Positions 35,890 to 38,401 of a DNA stretch of 38,401 bases are shown here, piece by piece; within the stretch, counting starts at the first letter, position 1, and each line of letters begins with the position of its first letter. The translations under genes and the position numbers were made by a program. This stretch comes from a virus. Lineage: Duplodnaviria > Caudoviricetes. The stretch is from the IMG/VR virus record IMGVR_UViG_3300042934_000350, positions 1-38,401 of that record; one strand, written 5' to 3'. The notes beneath the pieces were generated by a model. The model was given only the letters and a program-made list of their open reading frames with translations, ran no database searches and was not told the DNA's origin.

Positions 35890-36084
35890 TTAATCTTCCT
35901 CAACAGACAAGTTTTTGTTTGCCATATCTTCTAATTTACCATTTCTGATATAATATTCCTTAAGTATTCGAGTTATCTGTGAACTTCTACTACGATCTTC
36001 ATAATCAGCTTCATCGTCTACTAGCTTTAATATGTTAAGCGGTAATATTACCGGGACTTGCTTTTTATCTTTACCTACACCCAT
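35890..36084 (-). CDS. CopG-like ribbon-helix-helix protein (possible NdoAI/MazE-like antitoxin)
   Basis: VPVILPLNILKLVDDEADYEDRSRSSQITRILKEY RHH; upstream of rep and divergent from mazF. Confidence 0.8.
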   Translation of the reverse strand: MGVGKDKKQVPVILPLNILKLVDDEADYEDRSRSSQITRILKEYYIRNGKLEDMANKNLSVEED

Positions 36085-36162
36085 GATCTAACCCCCTTGG
36101 TAATATTATATGCATAAATTCAAAAATAAACAATATATTTTAATAAAAGTTAATAATTTATA

Positions 36163-36192
36163 TTGACAGTCGATGACTAGTTGGTTTATTAT
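36163..36192 (+). promoter_or_regulatory. Sigma-A promoter of the mazF-TPR-peptide operon
   Basis: TTGACA-18 bp-TATTAT, 22 bp upstream of ATG 36215. Confidence 0.6.
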
Positions 36193-36214
36193 TGTTTTGG
36201 GGGTGTTCAGCAGC

Positions 36215-36775
36215 ATGAGAAAAAATATTAAACGTGGTCAAATATGGTTTGTAAATTTGCCCGATGCGGTAGGTAGCGAGCAAGAAGGAAGAAGACCTGC
36301 ATTGGTTGTAAGTGCCGATATAAACGGCAAAAGCACAGTATATACAGTATTAATAGGTACGAGAAAGAACAAAAAAGAGGATCAGCAATCACAGTTTACT
36401 ATTACAACTGATTACGGCTTGGAAAGTGATACCGTATTTATGGCAGAGCAGATTAAAAGCATTGATGAAGAAAGATTCTTATTCTACATTACAAGAGTTG
36501 ATGACTTCAAGATGCGAGAAGCTGACCAGGCAATGGCAATACACTTAGGCATATTTGCATTTTTCAACATAGAGTACGTTAAATTGTTGATTGAGCAGAT
36601 AAACAAAATAGATGCCGATTCCTTACAATATCCTATAGACGAAAATAAAAAGTTAGATGTAATGAACGAATTGGATATTTACTGTACTAAATATGGGTAC
36701 AACAGCAGAGTGTTTCTTGATAAATACCATGTATTCAAGGGGGAGGTCGAATTAAGTGGGAGAGTTTGCGGTTAG
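36215..36775 (+). CDS. mazF: PemK/MazF-family endoribonuclease with ~70-aa C-terminal extension
   Basis: KRGQIWFVNLPDAVGSEQEGRRPALVVS...GT...YGLESDTVFMAEQIKSIDEERF resembles NdoA/MazF; start moved to ATG 36215 (GGGGTG RBS). Confidence 0.88.
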   Translation: MRKNIKRGQIWFVNLPDAVGSEQEGRRPALVVSADINGKSTVYTVLIGTRKNKKEDQQSQFTITTDYGLESDTVFMAEQIKSIDEERFLFYITRVDDFKMREADQAMAIHLGIFAFFNIEYVKLLIEQINKIDADSLQYPIDENKKLDVMNELDIYCTKYGYNSRVFLDKYHVFKGEVELSGRVCG

Positions 36776-37271
36776 AAAAAACGAGATACTAGAAATGTAC
36801 AAGAACAAACAATATGATGAAACAATAGATAAATGTGTAAAACTCATAGGCAATACTGATATAGATGACTTTGATAAATTTGAGGAATTAAGTTTTTACA
36901 ATAACATCATATTCAATTGCTATTTTAAACAAAGCAAAGAAGAAGAATGTAAGCAATTTTTAAAAGAATGTGTGAAATATGCCACTACTGATGCAGATAC
37001 ATACAAAGCCTTTCATAATCAAATAAGATTAGCATTAAATACTGGCAAGGCACATGAAGTTTTAGACAGAATAGAAGAAAACCTTAGGTATTATAAATCA
37101 ATAGATAAAACAGTATCAATTGCTGATACCTTAGTCTTTAAAGGTAGAGCTACAAAAGATATTAATTGCTTTAAGGCAGCTTTAAAACTGTACAAGATGG
37201 CTCCTGAGGACACAACTTACGAAGAAGAAATTGCAACAAAGCAAATGAAGGAGCTAAGACATTTATCATAA
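36756..37271 (+). CDS. Small TPR-like helical-repeat protein; candidate RRNPP-type peptide receptor without HTH
   Basis: Repeated helical hairpins (YNNIIFNCYFKQSKEEECKQFLKEC; FHNQIRLALNTGKAHEVLDRIEE); overlaps mazF; directly upstream of a secreted propeptide. Confidence 0.7.
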   Translation: MGEFAVRKNEILEMYKNKQYDETIDKCVKLIGNTDIDDFDKFEELSFYNNIIFNCYFKQSKEEECKQFLKECVKYATTDADTYKAFHNQIRLALNTGKAHEVLDRIEENLRYYKSIDKTVSIADTLVFKGRATKDINCFKAALKLYKMAPEDTTYEEEIATKQMKELRHLS

Positions 37272-37328
37272 TACATACGTGCAAAGCAAAATTTATATAA
37301 ACCCCTTTGCGAAAGGTGGTGACAAAAG

Positions 37329-37472
37329 ATGAAGAAGTTAATAGTAATATTGATAATAGTTATATCATTAATAACAATCGGTGTGGCAGCTTGGGACGAT
37401 ACAGACCCAAAGGGCAAAAGAATAGGTTGGGACGATACAGATCCAAAAGGCACATCAATTACAATTGCTTAG
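37329..37472 (+). CDS. Secreted signalling propeptide (47 aa) with two WDDTDPKG repeats; third repeat cut off by TGG>TAG
   Basis: MKKLIVILIIVISLITIGVAA|WDDTDPKGKRIGWDDTDPKGTSITIA*; AAGGTGG RBS; Sec-type signal peptide; in-frame DDTDPKG continues after the stop to 37523. Confidence 0.88.
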   Translation: MKKLIVILIIVISLITIGVAAWDDTDPKGKRIGWDDTDPKGTSITIA

Positions 37473-37529
37473 GATGATACAGACCCTAAGGGCATAATTG
37501 CCCCACCAACTAAAAAATCATAAGTACAT

Positions 37530-37561
37530 AAAAATAGCGAGGTTAATCCCTCGCCTTTTTT
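37530..37561. terminator. Bidirectional intrinsic terminator
   Basis: aaaaata GCGAGG ttaatc CCTCGC ctttttt. Confidence 0.85.
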
Positions 37562-37685
37562 ATTGGGTTTGTTCGTATGTATTAGGTATCTTTCCGGGAC
37601 ACTCAACAGCTTCTTTCTTACCGCCTATCGTGATAGTTTTAACCTTCTTTAACAGACATTCATCACATTCCTCTCTACATTGCAT
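37560..37685 (-). CDS. Cys-rich 41-aa microprotein (allele of 189-293)
   Basis: MQCREECDECLLKKVKTITIGGKKEAVECPGKIPNTYEQTQ*; AAAGGGGA RBS. Confidence 0.7.
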   Translation of the reverse strand: MQCREECDECLLKKVKTITIGGKKEAVECPGKIPNTYEQTQ

Positions 37686-37715
37686 AATTTTATCCCCTTT
37701 ACTCTTAGTAAGTAT

Positions 37716-37754
37716 ATTGTAACAGAACTTGGATAAAAACAGAACATATGTTTG
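37716..37754 (-). promoter_or_regulatory. Extended -10 promoter (TGtTACAAT) with LexA box AGAACATATGTTTG at 37741-37754
   Basis: Same geometry as 326-364. Confidence 0.75.
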
Positions 37755-37895
37755 GTCTAAAATTGTAAATTTTTATATACATTCGCAAGAATGCAAAGAA
37801 AAACAGGTATAATTTTATTTTACACCCGTTTCCATAATAAATAAATGTATATCGTTATATATAATATGACATTATTCGACCAATATTAAATTAGA

Positions 37896-38321
37896 CTATT
37901 TCTTTCTTTTAGCAATCTCATTTTGCAGCCAATCTACAAGGACACCCATTTTAATTGTAGATAATTTACTGAGATCTGATTCATCCATTATCATACCCAC
38001 TGTTAAAAATGGCACACTTTCTTCTTTCAAAACCCATTCTCTTAGCTCTGGAGATAAATGTTTTAATATATTCTCGTCATTGTAATAAATAACATCTTCG
38101 TCTATTTCTATATCTTCTTCTAAATATCCAACCGATACTCCGAGCAATCTAGCAATATCCTTCAACGTATCAATAGAAGGGTCAGCTTCATTCCTTATTA
38201 TCTGATATATATAGCTTTTGGTTTTCTGCATTGCTTCAGATAACTCTGCTACACTTTTTATTCCAATGTTACTCTGCTTGTTTTTGTCTAGTATGCTTTG
38301 TATCTTTTCGCCCCTAGTCAA
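37896..38321 (-). CDS. XRE immunity repressor, second allele with diverged C-terminal domain
   Basis: 78 of the first 80 aa identical to 488-910; C-terminal domain 22/60 identical by manual ungapped count. Confidence 0.85.
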   Translation of the reverse strand: MTRGEKIQSILDKNKQSNIGIKSVAELSEAMQKTKSYIYQIIRNEADPSIDTLKDIARLLGVSVGYLEEDIEIDEDVIYYNDENILKHLSPELREWVLKEESVPFLTVGMIMDESDLSKLSTIKMGVLVDWLQNEIAKRKK

Positions 38322-38401
38322 AACAATACACCCCCCAATTTTTCATACTTATCACATTATACTAAATTAAAAAAAATATATCCACACTTTTGTAATAGTA
38401 T

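Larger units (their letters stand above)
1..38401. mobile_element. Temperate podovirus-like phage genome, probably a plasmid prophage (phage-plasmid) of a Firmicute
   Basis: Full set of switch, replication, packaging, head, short-tail and lysis genes; ParA plus a second iteron-bearing initiator; no recognisable integrase; homologous ends. Confidence 0.9.
37380..38401 (+). repeat. Right copy of the imperfect terminal duplication
   Basis: Homologous to 1-990. Confidence 0.95.

Noticed and set aside
36173-36214. Hydrophobic N-terminal extension (membrane anchor) on MazF
   Set aside because: ATG 36173 lies inside the predicted promoter and lacks an RBS; ATG 36215 fits the family N-terminus
37217-37453. 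Minus-strand ORF with repeated PFGSVSSQ
   Set aside because: It is the reverse complement of the WDDTDPKG propeptide, which has the RBS, signal peptide and terminator
37470-37472. In-frame TAG as evidence of stop-codon reassignment
   Set aside because: TAG is the normal stop of many intact genes here (terL, capsid, endolysin, mazF); no suppressor tRNA seen
37498-37722. Plus-strand 74-aa ORF as an aimX-like gene
   Set aside because: Runs through the terminator, has no RBS and is not conserved in the left copy, whereas the minus-strand Cys-rich ORF is
1-38401. Integrase/att sites, tRNA genes, reverse transcriptase or diversity-generating retroelement, tape measure and tail tube genes
   Set aside because: No ORF or sequence with the expected motifs was recognised; absence is by eye and should be confirmed with HMM and tRNA scans

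Overview
The window is a near-complete genome (unit length about 37.4 kb) of an AT-rich temperate phage with a Firmicute host, probably a spore-forming clostridial one (strong GGAGG RBSs, Gram-positive LexA boxes, SpoVG, a sigma-G-like promoter). Gene order: XRE repressor/Cro switch; early recombination and replication genes (Sak-like annealase, replisome organizer, SpoVG-fold protein, RusA, NinB-like); RinA/ArpU-like late activator; terminases; a podovirus-type virion (large portal, scaffold, capsid, adaptor, nozzle, beta-helix tailspike with S74 chaperone, two ejection-type proteins, no tape measure); lysis genes; an acetyltransferase moron; an FtsK + replication-relaxation module. No integrase was found. 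Instead there is a plasmid replicon (ParA plus adaptor, a second initiator with iterons, a candidate antisense RNA and an RHH gene), so this is probably a phage-plasmid. The ends (1-990 and 37380-38401) are homologous but not identical. The strongest candidate for a new system lies beside the repressor: an operon of a C-terminally extended MazF-family RNase, a small HTH-less TPR protein and a secreted propeptide with tandem WDDTDPKG repeats (arbitrium/RRNPP-like). It converges on an unannotated Cys-rich microprotein behind a LexA box, whose sequence co-varies with the repressor C-terminal domain between the two end copies. All calls come from reading the sequence; no database searches were run.
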